This document shows positions 12,179-23,580 of a DNA stretch of 64,000 bases, piece after piece; position 1 is the stretch's first letter; each line of letters begins with the position of its first letter. The notes beneath the pieces are model-generated. The model did not search any database. It worked only from the letters and a program-made list of their open reading frames with translations, and was not told where the DNA came from. A program made the translations under genes and the position numbers. Source of the stretch: Marsupella aquatica (lineage: Eukaryota > Plantae > Marchantiophyta); assembly GCA_973895155.1 (NCBI GenBank), contig OZ316899.1:2935455-2999454 (forward strand), in the 5' to 3' direction.

Positions 12179-15100
12179 ACATGAATATACACAAGGGTCA
12201 CAGCATAACTAACCGAGAGCTTCTTTAACTACTTGATCCCAGCCTTGTTGGTGCACTAAAAACTTGCTAAGGAAGAAGGCCCTAAACCCCCCGCTGCCCA
12301 GGTACTTATCCTGGCAGTGGATCCGCCCAATTCCTTGCAATGTAAGCCTAATCTAACTTGACTGTAATCTACCTATGTACAGCAAGGCAGGAGCACAAGT
12401 GTTGCTCTTACCAGTGGATCCGCAATCCCACTAAGCTAAGTGTCAAGGCCGCCTCCCGGCCCTGATCCTAATTCTAAACTTGGAGATCTGAGCCTGCCCT
12501 GCCCACTCATGCCTCCTTCCTCCACGTCCGCCCTCCTTAAAAGGAGCGGCCCTCCACCACCATCATGGTAGTGGTGGCTGATCCTCAATGGACGCCCCCA
12601 ACACTTCCTCCGCAACCACTACCGTAGGTCCGTCCTCTAACAGATTACCTGCTCCGGACCAAGTCAACTCTCCATCGGCCTGACTAGGTCCACCCTCGGC
12701 TTTGGCCTCAGCATCGGCCACGGCCTCCGATATGGCTACGGCTTCCCCGACCTGCTCTAGTGGTGGATTCGGTACACCGGCCTCATCATTGAGCATTCCG
12801 GCTTTGCCCTTGCCATCCCCGCCTTGTAGGACAGTTGGATCCTCTGCCGTGACCCTGCCTAAGGTTGGTGCCGGGTTTACCTCCTTGGTCACGATGGCTT
12901 GAGAAGCCGTGTTACTCCCTGACCCAAAAGGTTTTTGCTTCTTCTTCTTCCCTGTTTTGGCAGCTGGTCCCTTCCCCTTGCCACTTACCTTCGGCACCGG
13001 TGCAAGTGTCTTGGCTTGTCCTTTGGCCAGTACTACTCTTGACAACTTGGTTGCCCCAGTTGGAGTTGGACCTGAGGAAGCCAAGCACTTAAATATTGCG
13101 GCCTGTTTCTTTAGCCACTCCGTTTGGTTGTCGGCTCGCCGCTATAAGCTCTCCATCTTCCGCGTGCTTTCCTCCAACTCCTCCTGCAATTTGTCCAGGT
13201 CCTTGCCCGCCTCCTCCAGCTCCTTTTGGGCTTCCTCCAACTCTCTCTGGGCTTCCTCTAGCTCCTTTTTTAAGGTAGCCCTCTCCTCCTGGGTGGCTCT
13301 TAGCTCCTTGTCGAGCTCCGTTACGACCTCAGACTCCATTTTATTCGTCTTGGCATAAGTCTGGTCGAGCTGGCGTCTTTCTCACGGAGGTCGGCCTTGA
13401 AGCTGGCCGTCAGGGATGCAAGCTCCTGTTGTAGCACAACAAGCGCCTGATAGGATTTCCCTAACTCGGCCTCCTTTTGCTCAAGGGCTCCGCGGATATC
13501 CTCGAGCTCCCCCTTCAACGCCCTCTCCCTTCTCTGGGTCTCCACCATGGCCCGGTTGTTGGCTATTATGTGGGCCTCCTTTGCATCCGTCAGCTCTCGC
13601 TTCCACTTCTCCCTCTCCTTGATCGCATCGGCCAACTCTCCTTGGGTCCGAGTCAGTTTATCCTTGATAATCTGATTATCAGGCTGTGCGGTATCCAATT
13701 GCCCCTGCATGATGTTTAGCTCATGCCGCTTAATCCGCAGCTCATCTTGGGCTTTTTTGGCCGCCTTCAGGTCTTCTACCTCGGCTTCCCTTGCCCTAAG
13801 CCGACGGATGACCTCGTCCTTCTTGCTTCTCTCCAAAGCCATCGCTTCTTCTAATCGGCGCTTCTCCAACATCTCCCTTTGAAAAAAGGGTCCTTGCTCC
13901 AACTCCTCCCCAAAGATGCTGAGCACAAGTTCCCCACACATCTCCCCGTACTCCATGGCTCTTTCTTTGGCATAGACGGAGTGAGTAGAAGTCATTGGCA
14001 TCAACCATCGCGGCCTTTGTTCCCAAGCCGCCTTGCGGATTTCTTCTATCGTGGCTGGAGGGCTGCTTCATTTTTCTACAAGCCGCCTGATGTGCTCTGG
14101 CCATTCTCCCCCTGGTAAATCTTTCTCCCTAGCCAAGGCTGCCTTCTCTTCCTCCCTGAGTCGCTCTTGAAACTCTTGTGCCGTCTGTTTTATGCCGTCA
14201 AAGCTCGGGGGAGCGACATCTGGTGGGGGAGACTCGGGGCTGCTCTGCTGGGTGGGGTCCCCTTGAACTACTCTTGGAAGAGTGGGGATGAACCTACCAC
14301 AGATCCTCACTCCTGGAACATGATGGTCCAACCCGTAGCCGGAGTCATCATTGTCATAGCCTTCTACTACCTCCTCCGTGGCTTGGACTACCGGCTCCCC
14401 CCGTTGCTCTCCTGGTTTTGCCGTGAACACGGCCTCACAGATCACGGGTCCTGGTTCCTCCTCCGGCTTCCAGGTTGATCTCTTCTTCTCCCTGTCGCGA
14501 CCAGGAGCTTTGGGCTGCTTTTCCTTGGCTTTGGGACTTGAGGCTCCTACATACATTTGGACTCTCGGCTTGTGTTCCGGCCTCCTTCTCTCCTTGGCCC
14601 TGGTAAAGGGGTTTTCCCTGGTAAGTCGGCTTAGGCCAACTTCGGGAGCAGTATTTTGTACCGGTCCCGTTGCCGTTGCCGTTCTCCTTTCCTTCTCCAG
14701 CAATTTTAGCAGATTTTGCATGCCTGGTTGCTGCATCGGCAAGTCTTCCTTCCTTGGCCTAAACACTTGCTCGATTGTAGGACTGTCGGGCTGGGTTGGT
14801 TTCACTATTGCCGGCCTCTGTTCTGGAACCTCCTCTGGTGCTCTTGCCTACAGGGGAAGTACCGGGGTGAATATCTGACTTTGGGCATACCGGCACATCA
14901 GCGGCATATGATAGCCAAGCCAGGACACGCTTCCCTTGCCGATCACCTGCTGTTCCTCCTTCAAGATTTTCTTCAATTGGGTGAGGAGGTATCTGTTGTA
15001 GTCTCGGCTGGGGTCTGGCCTCTCCTCCAGGTAAACCTGTGCCTTGCCGATCTTTGGCCTTGGCAAGTTGCAATGCATGGTTACCCGCAAGAAATCGATC

Positions 15101-16024
15101 ATCTCCCCAATGTGCGGGTTGGTGCAGGTGTTCCGGAAGAAGCCATTCTTCGTTGATGGCCCTGGGAACGACCGGAACTCCTTGTCAGGCAAGGTCTTCC
15201 TGGTATCAACTTTGGTCTTATTGCCCATCAGCAAGCCAAATGCTTTGGCAATCACCCAGGGAGTGAGATAGAAATCCTTCCCATACACCCTTGTGGAATT
15301 GGACTCGGGCTCCCAGGATCCCACAAATTCTAATAAGTCTGAATCTGGCACCTCCGGCTTCAGCCATGGTAACTTCACAAAGGCTTCCAAGCCGGATCCG
15401 GCCATGAAGCCTTGGTACTTCCAAGTCTGCATAGCCGTAAAGCATGCATCCTCTTCACGTGCAAAGTGTAATTGCGCGCACTTCCTCGAGGAGGGTCGCC
15501 GCCCAGACTTTCCAGGTGTCATCTCTTGTTGGAACGGCATTGATGGGGTCGACCTCCTCTTCTTTGGCTTCTTCCTGCCTCCTGCTCCCTTGCTCGGCTG
15601 GCTTCCTTGGTGCCGCCAACCTTGTTCTCTTCGCAGGGGTGGTCTCTTCATTGATGTTCCCTTTCCTCTTCATAGCGGCTGCCGTGGATGTTTCTCCTAG
15701 CATGGTTGCCTTCGTCCACCCCTCCATGCTACCCTTCAACTCCTAGTGTATGTTGTTGCAGCGGTTGATGGCTTCCCGTATGCCGACTATTCTGTTCTCA
15801 CAAAACAAAAGATCGTCGAGTTTGTCGGCAGTAGGCGTCCACAGGAATTCAGCCGTTATGAGTTCTCCTCCTAAGAAGGCAGACTTCTGCAGCTCCCACA
15901 GTCGAGCGAGCTCCTGCCGTTCTCGAGCGGCTCTCTCCGATTCTTTGTCCTCGTAGGTCCCAATGTACTCAGTTGCCCATTCTAACAGGCATCCCCAAAA
16001 ATGAGCAGCTTGATTGACGTTGCT
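12179..16024 (-). mobile_element. Family B fragment B1 (accessory-ORF region of a related retroelement, probably its LTR)
   Basis: Near-identical to 62.9-64.0 kb (opposite strand); the encoded protein is homologous to the family A LTR ORF; cut on the right by the A2 5' LTR. No gag/pol seen. Confidence 0.7.
12563..16024 (-). pseudogene. Family B accessory protein (conserved N-terminal motif, plant-transposon-like middle domain, coiled coil), fragmented
   Basis: ORF pieces 15455-15739, 14848-15651 (GLEAFVKLPW...EFVGSW...YGKDFYLTPWVIAKAFGL...KNGFFRNTC), 14068-14805, 13321-14004 and 13142-13339 (heptad-rich), 12563-13084. Confidence 0.75.
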
Positions 16025-19000
16025 TGTGACGCCGCCGGTACGGCGGGTAATGAGTGATTCAGCCTAACGACGCTTAGCACGCGCGTTAGGGGTATCTTAG
16101 GCCATAATTATTAGCATAATGATAGTATTTAGGTAGCCATTATGAGTAGGAAATCATTAGTCAATAATGGGCGTTCGTGTTCGGCCCGGCGGCGAGTTGC
16201 CATTCGCACGCTCGGGTTGCAAACGTGTAATGGGCCCCTTCCTTGGGTCCGTATAACAAACTCAGGGAGGCGGCCATTGACACACGCTGACCCGGACCGG
16301 CGGATTGTCCTGTACACTGTAAGCGTGAAAGGCTTGGCCTATAAGCGACGAGGAGGCGTCGGGCGACCGAGCAGCTCTCAGGGGTATAAAACAGGGGCCG
16401 ATCCTTGGCAGGGCACCAGTTCTTCAGTTCACACGCCAGCTTCGACCCCAGTTCTCTCACTCAGCCTTAGTTGCCGTCTATCTCCTCTGAATGTTGCACA
16501 CAATCCGGTCCAGTTTGGCCATACGATTCTGGACGTAGTTCTTGTCTATCGGAGGGCACTTGGCCGACTCATTAAAACATGCCAACCCGCGACGATACGA
16601 AATTGAACGTGAGTACGAGAGAGCCATCCACCTAGCAAGACGACACCACTATCTCCTTAACTTTGATTACCCGTCCTAGAGTGAGCTTTACCGACCCAAA
16701 GAAATATCAAGGTACTTCTTCGACGGAGGCAAATACATTGGCTTCTGGGAGGCATTGCTTCGGCTTCCGGATGAGGTCTTCAATATCCCGGGCACGATCG
16801 ACTTGCAGGGGCACCACTTCAACCACATCCCCGCTTGAGTCCGGGCTATCATCAACAGCAAGTTCAACACTACCCGGTTGACAAGGCCGTCTACACTTGC
16901 TTCGGAAAACCTCCATCGGCACCTGCAAAACTTCATGGAAACTTTACCATCAACAACCAGTGCGGGCCAACCCGTGTCCATACCCGCACCTACATTTCCT
17001 TGGCCTCAGCCAAGCCGGTCCCCGCCACCGGTCCCACCACCTCTCCGAGTACGATCCGTGGTGAATGCGGTGAATATTAGCTCCAAAGACAAGGAGGCTC
17101 ACCCTCCTCTGAATCAACGGCCGTGGGGTACGACTCAACAAGCGCCGAACAACCCAACATCACTCCAACAAGCCCAAGGGGATAACATAGTAACTCTAGC
17201 GGCCCCAACACCAATACTCACGGCAGTCGCGCTACCACCAGCTGACCGAGAGGAAGGAGAGATGTCCCCTTCTTCTAGTCACCCCGGGAATCAGTCTCGG
17301 GGTAGGAAGAGGAAGGAACCCGTAGCCGTATCCGGGTCGCCTTTGGCCACGGTTGCGGTAGCCAAGCTGACCATGCATTGCATGGGGGACAATGTTCACA
17401 AGAACATCCTCCACCCCAAGCATGCATGCTATCTGAAGACCCAAGGGTTTGAGCACCTCGCCTCTCTTCGTTGGAACGAAAGCAGGTACTATGGGCAAGA
17501 TATGATGGAGTTCATTCAGAATTTTGACGAGGCCCGTCAACAAACCCGAGTGCATGGGAGATTGATGTGTCTCAATGAGGCACATTTGAATATGATTTTT
17601 GGCCTACCTGAGGGGATAAACCGGGTAGAGTCGCAAGCTCCTGGGGGCAAGGGAGCTAAATACCAGTCTTCTAGCTTCCCAACTGAGGGAGTAGTGGACA
17701 ACAGATTCTTAATGAGAACGTGCCTCATACCAGAAGTGGCAAAACGCTTGGAGTTCCAGCGGTATGCCCTCCACATGATGGAACCCAGAGGAAAAATATC
17801 GACCGCGCAGGTCATCCAGGTGGAGAACTATCGGCCCAGGAAGTGGGCATCCTTCTTCGTCAAGAAGTTCCACGAGGAGATGGAGCGGAGAAGAAAGACT
17901 TTGTACCTTGGCGGAACGACGTACTTCGCTAGCCACATCAAAATCATCATCGAGTGGTACGCAGCCTCCCGCGTATCAACGAGCCCGAGCTGACCCCATC
18001 AAAATGGGTGTTCCCAGCCCAGGTGAGGCGACCGCAGCCCGAGGCCCAAAGTCTAGTAGCTGCAAGCCCTGTTACCCCGGCCCCGCAACCCGTCGCTACC
18101 GCCCCGCCAAGCATACCCATAGATGTTATCGCGACCTTAGACGCAATCAATCGGGACAATGCAATTGAAGTCGGGCCAGATGAAGCCATACCCAAAGCAG
18201 ATGCCACGGTAGCCGAGGAGATTTTGCCACCCCCCGCAGTTCTGCAGGAGAACTGCCCACCTCCAATGGAACCGCCCCTTTGACCGACTTACCTCAAGGG
18301 CTGGATGTGTCCACTCCTACTCCCGCACGGGTTGGAGTCTGCCCGTGCCCGAATCCAGATGGACACAGTCTAGACCATCCGGAACTCTTTGCGTCGGGCA
18401 CATTTCTGAACGGGTTGTTGGGAGATTTCTCTCAATAGATCTCTCAGGACACCGGGGAATACATGGCCCAGAGGATGGCCTACTTCTTCAACCAGGAGTT
18501 GGTTGCGGCTGTAAGGGCAGGACATGCGCAGGCAGAGACAACGCAAAGAATAGAGCGATACCGGGTTGAGTCTGCCTACCTAAAGGACGAAGTGGCAACC
18601 CTGGAGGCTGAACTCCAACAACTGTGGCCTCAAGTAACGGCCACGGAGGACCAGGTTGCCAAGGCTAGGGCCCGAGCAGCTTTAGCAGAACAGGTCGGGC
18701 TCGGAAAGGACGCCGAGATTGCACGGCTCCGGACCAAGATTGACGGTTTGAAGGGACAAGCCGTCAGTTGGCAAAAGGATCTGGAGGAAGCTGACTCTAG
18801 GTCTCAGCGGGACACATCCGAGATTGACACCCTGAAGACAGAGGTGGCGCGACTTCAAGGAGAAGCCACGAAACAGGCCCAGTTGGTGGATAAGCTGACG
18901 AGCAACACCCAGCAACTGGAGGAGGCATGCCAGGAGGCCGCGGAAGAGGCGAACGCGGCAAAGCGGGAGAACGAATCTCTGTTGGACCAGGTCCAGCTAC

Positions 19001-19978
19001 TCAAGCAGAACGCCGACAGACTCAGAAGGCAACGGGATAGCCGCTCCCACTCAGGCGGCTCTGGCAAGCGTGCCAGGCATTAGCGGCAGAGTAGGATTAA
19101 AATAGAGTTAGGAATAGCTAAATCAGGCTATAGGGACAAGCACCTGCCCTAGTTAAAGCAGCACTGCCATGCTGTCCAACCTGCGTAGATTAGGATGTTC
19201 TAATAAGACAAGCCGTTTTTTGGTCTGACAGCCAGTTTAGTTAGGATCTTAGTTAGCGAATCTTTGGGCACGAGACCACTCCGGTCCTCAACTCTTAGTA
19301 TTTATTACACCCCTTGGTAGAAGGCGAGGGGGGGGTTTAGTCTCAGTGTTGGACATCCACGGTATGTGCGGGAAGTCCCGACCTCTGGGAGTGAAAGAGT
19401 ACCAAGGGGAGGGCGTAGGACTAAGCTCGCTTGGCAAGTGCGGAGCCGGGCTCCGTTGTAGTGTACACCCTCGGCCTTGGACCTGTTCATTCAAGAGCTT
19501 TTGGGTCAACTAAGTGTACGCATATGTCTCCTATGTAGTAAAATTGTTTCCCATTAATTCCTTCGTGTAAATTGAGATTGTATGCTTGTGCGTATGTATA
19601 TGTGTGAATCTCGTGTATAGGTGCCAATGCTTGGCCGAACGCACTACCCAAGTCGTGCACGGGGTGCAGCTTGCGGGTAAGTGGTTGCGAGCCCGGGTTG
19701 AGTACCCATATCATCGAATTCGGATCGAAGGCGGACAACACGAAGGCTTAGAAGCCCGTAAGCCGGGGTCGATCCTGCTATCGACTGAGGTACGTTCCGG
19801 CGGCGAAACACAAACCATACCTAGGAGGTGTCCGTATATGACAATAGGCGCACTTAGTGCTAGTTTACGTCAGTTAGGCGCATTCCGTGCCTCCCTCCCT
19901 GCCCAAACCCTCATTTTGATGAAGGATGTGCCTGTCTAAGCCAAAGAACGGGTTAAGGCCTAGGCTGACGACGTGACA
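16025..19978 (+). repeat. A2 5' LTR (3954 bp), TGTGACG...CGTGACA
   Basis: TG...CA ends, followed by the PBS; start matches the PPT-adjacent LTR start at 58778. Confidence 0.93.
16491..19083 (+). pseudogene. LTR-encoded accessory protein, A2 copy (stops/frameshifts)
   Basis: ATG at 16491 (MLHTI, cf. MSHTI); pieces 16878-17993, 17954-18283 and 18463-19083 match the 880-aa ORF; ends GGSGKRARH-stop. Confidence 0.9.
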
Positions 19979-19993
19979 TCTAGCCTTTGTTTT

Positions 19994-20011
19994 TGGCGCT
20001 AGATGGAGGGG
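19994..20011 (+). other. A2 primer-binding site, tRNA-Asn(GUU)-like
   Basis: TGGCGCTAGATGGAGGGG; complementary with one mismatch to the 3' end of plant tRNA-Asn (...CCCCTCCTTCTAGCG-CCA, recalled, not searched). Confidence 0.7.
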
Positions 20012-20109
20012 GCACTCTACGTGTAGTAGAGGGGAGATATGTGCGGGTGCACCTAGGCAAAAAACACCAGACCCTAGTGAGTTACTAACCATCGCATTTG
20101 TTCGAGTAA

Positions 20110-20305
20110 ATGCCCGTCACTCATTCTCAAGCAGCTTACTTGAGGAGATTGACCAGCGAACGAGAGAGTGCAACCACAACAAGCTCCAACTCTTCAAGAT
20201 CGGAGGATTCGCAATCGCCTCGACGAATGAACATACCACCGGGACCTTTGGGGTCCTGCTCCGGTCCCTGTTGCACCACCGCCAGCACCACCACTGCCAC
20301 CGGTA
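20110..20305 (+). pseudogene. gag: A2 gag 5' end (interrupted by element C)
   Basis: MPVTHSQAAYLRRLTSERESATT matches the A3 gag start; sequence resumes at 30108 (cctatggca). Confidence 0.9.
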
Positions 20306-20966
20306 TGTCACACCATTCTAGGTAGTGTTAGAGTGTATTGTATTATCTAGATCCGTATGTTTGGTATGTGTGCTATATGAGCCGATAAGGTTTTGTTAGG
20401 TTTGTGTGAGAGGGTACTTCTCACTTGTGAGGCATTAAAAGGTCATCTTTCAATGTTGAGCCTTGGAGAGAGAGGAGCTTGAGTGTGGCTATGGTGGCTA
20501 TGAGGAGGCTTTACACCGTGCCAGGAAACAGGAAAATGATTTCCTGTTATGAGCAAAATTTTACTGTTATCAGCAAAAATGAGATATAAAAAATTTCTCA
20601 TTAAAACTCAAAATTTTCAAAATATTTTTTAAAACGATCATTTTTGGCTAGCGCCAGGCGCTACTATTACTAGCTTGGGGCGCTAGTAAAAAAATGTCCA
20701 AAATTTAAACCAAAAAAAAAAAATTCCCAAAAAAAAAATTCCAAAAATTCTCATCCATTTTGCTGTTTACTGTTTACTGTTTCCTGTTTCCTGTTTAGTG
20801 TTTCCTGGCACGGTGGTTATACCCGCTATGAGCTCCGCTTGTGTAACGTGGATTCCTTGAGTAGTGCAAGGTGCGTTGGCTTGACATACTTGTGTGATCG
20901 GATCGGTGCGGGATCGATGGGGTATTGTTGACCGGGATCGTTGTGCCAATTGTTGAGGAGATTACA
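20306..20966 (+). repeat. Element C terminal repeat segment a1 (333 bp plus MITE insertion)
   Basis: TGTCACACC...GAGATTACA; matches 29636-29967 once the 20505-20832 insertion is removed. Confidence 0.9.
20505..20824. mobile_element. Non-autonomous MITE-like DNA transposon (320 bp; hAT- or Mutator-like)
   Basis: Absent from the sister repeat at 29636-29967; 8-bp direct repeat GCTATGAG at 20497-20504 and 20825-20832; subterminal inverted repeat ACCGTGCCAGGAAAC; AT-rich interior, no ORF. Confidence 0.85.
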
Positions 20967-21474
20967 TTGAAAGATCATATGCAAACTCTGCTGTGCGGAC
21001 TATGCAAACAGAAGTTCGTATGTGTTGATTGAGTTGGCGACGGTTTGGGGAAATCGTTGTGTGGATCCGTGGTAGCTCGGATCGTATTGAATAGATCGTT
21101 GGCATCTTGGTTGGTTGCTGGTAACGGATCTGAAGTGGGAGATCCGAGTTCTGAAGTTCTCCTGTTGACGGTTTTTGGACAGAGTTCTCAAGCAGATCGG
21201 TGGTGACGTCCGATCATTGTGAAGCCTTTGATAAGCTGATTGGGTGATTATTGTGAGCTCTTTGATAAGGATTTGTGCGTGTAGTGGGCTGCTCTGTAGA
21301 TCTGAATCTGCATATCGTTTGGTCGATGTTTGTTCCATTTTTTGGGAAGAAAAGAAAAGAGCTTTTGACAATTTTTGGGTTCCTGTTGGTCGACAGCTTT
21401 TCATGAAGGAAATCGATAGTTTTCGGGAGCTTTTCGTGAAAGAAATAGTCATTTTTGGGGTTAGGTGTGAGGCA

Positions 21475-21682
21475 CGCGAGGTCACCCATCCCGAAAGTGC
21501 TCCCAACCGCGAGCGCGAAGTCATCCATCGCAAGCGCAGGCAGGCGCGAGGTTGAGGTCACCCATCCCGGGGCTATTCCGGGCCGTGAGCGCGAGGGGAG
21601 GCATGAGGGCTATTCCGAGTCGCAAGCGCAAGGCGAAACGCGAGGTCACCCATCCCGGGGCTATTCCCAATCGCAAGCGCTT
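21475..21682 (+). repeat. Degenerate GC-rich tandem repeats in the element C leader
   Basis: Recurrent GAGGTCACCCATCCCG, GGGCTATTCC and CGCAAGCGC modules. Confidence 0.8.
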
Positions 21683-22349
21683 AACTGGCAAGTTCTCATC
21701 CCACCTTGTGTACACACAAGTTTTCACAACTTGTTGTTTAGATTCAAGCGCCAGGGGGCTTTATACACTTTCCGGTTTGCTTAGAGCCTTGTTTCGGGCC
21801 AAATCAGAGGCTCGTTAGAGGTTTTTGATAGTTTTGAGTTCATCTAAATGCACAGATTGAACCAATTCTGCATGGTTTCTCATCTATAACATTGGGACAT
21901 CATGAAGCCTATTATGAAGGCCTTTCATTGAACATTATGAATATTTGTTTGATCAATGTGTGATCACTCTTGGTGTGGAGAGTTAGTGTTTGACTATTCT
22001 TGTTGATTGGATCCTCTCCACACTTGTTTCCTGTTTATGCGCCATGTTGGTTCGGTATGGGCACTTGATTCCATAGGAGTGATCCGGGTTTGCAACCGGA
22101 CATTCTAGTGTGCTGTGTATTTCTCTCCTGGTGATGTTGGAGTGATGCCCAACACACCATGGTGAGTGCTTGTGGTGCTGATAGGGACAGATTGCCCTTA
22201 GGGTTAGCATATAGATTAGATTAGGGTTGGTCACCACGGATTCTTCTGGTGCTGCTGGGTTACCCAATGGATGATGGACCGGTTTCACTCGGAGTGGGGC
22301 ACAGTTTTGGCCAGCGGCATTGGTAGCAGTCAACAGTGCAGCTTTAGAC

Positions 22350-23580
22350 AGTGATTCCGACGAGGACTCAGTCACCAGTTCTCCTTGTCATCAGGTGGTT
22401 GCACCTTTGTTGTGGGATATGGACGAGATGTACGGGGCTACAAAGGGCCCACGATGATACTCTAGTGCAGTTGGCACAATTGATCTGGATGACTTCATCC
22501 AGGAGTTTGATACGTGGTGTGATATGCAAACACTGCGTAACGCCATGTTGTTTACCCCTTTCATGGCATGGAAGGGATTATTTCAGCATTTGGAGGGGCC
22601 ACCCATGGATGACTACAATGAGTTTTGAAAGGCTCATTTGGTTGAGATTGAGGCATGGAGGCAACATTGGTCGCCTAATTACGTGTCCATCACCTATGGC
22701 ACTAGTGCGGCTGCCCAACCCATTGCCACAGCTACTGCTTCTTCTAGCAGCACTAGCCAGAGTGGCACACCATCCACCAGCAGCATCCACCGTTACTCCT
22801 GCCGGTGTGATTGTGACAGGAACTAGAGTTGCGCCAGCATTTAACCCTATGGTGGAATTCTTTGAGGTACTGAAGCAGAACTATCAGGGTGTGAGAACTG
22901 ATAAGTTGAAGGGTCTCCAGGAGTTCCAACGCAAGATTGGAGAGAGTCTACGCGAGGCATACACTCGTATGCGCAGATTGATCACTGTCACCAAGGGAGT
23001 GACAGAGGCTCAGGCAGTCCAATTTTGGTATGCAATTTTGGACAGAGAATTGCGACGCAGAGTGAGAGATGTCACCCTGCTTAGGGATGCAGATCCCACA
23101 TTGGCAGTTGTTTTTACCCTTTCTAAGCGTCTTGAGCTCAATATGGTGAATGAGAAGGTGGTGACTTCCGGATTTGCCAAGGAAGCACCAAAGACTACAT
23201 CTACATCCACACCACAGCCTATTGCACGGAAGAGCCAGAGGGAGAAGCCTACTGCACGAGAGTCTACCAGCCAGAGACCTGTGCCCTCTTATGCTGGACA
23301 GCAGTCAGGATGTTGGACCTCTGGTGGGAATCATGCACAGAGATATTGCCCAGATCATAGAGGATCAGGGGGAGCATCAGCTCCTGATCAGCGACAGTGT
23401 AATCACTGTGGAGCTCCTGGACACACCAAGGATAGGTGTTTCTCACTCCACCCTGAGTTATGGAGAGGAGGATCACGTACACATGATATGGGAAGAGAAG
23501 GGGAGGAGGTAGAGGTGGTGGACGTGGTCGTGGCACGCCACATGCAGGGAGACAGGGAGGTGACACTGCCCTTGCTATAA
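22350..23580 (+). pseudogene. gag: Element C gag (frameshifted)
   Basis: IDLDDFIQEFDTWCDMQ (frame 3, 22479); capsid-like LQEFQRKIGESLREAYTRMRRL; knuckle CNHCGAPGHTKDRC. Start codon uncertain. Confidence 0.8.

Noticed and set aside
16129-16606. Short ORFs on both strands in the first 500 bp of family A LTRs
   Set aside because: Start codons and lengths vary between copies (GTG or absent in A3); explained by DNA similarity of LTR copies.
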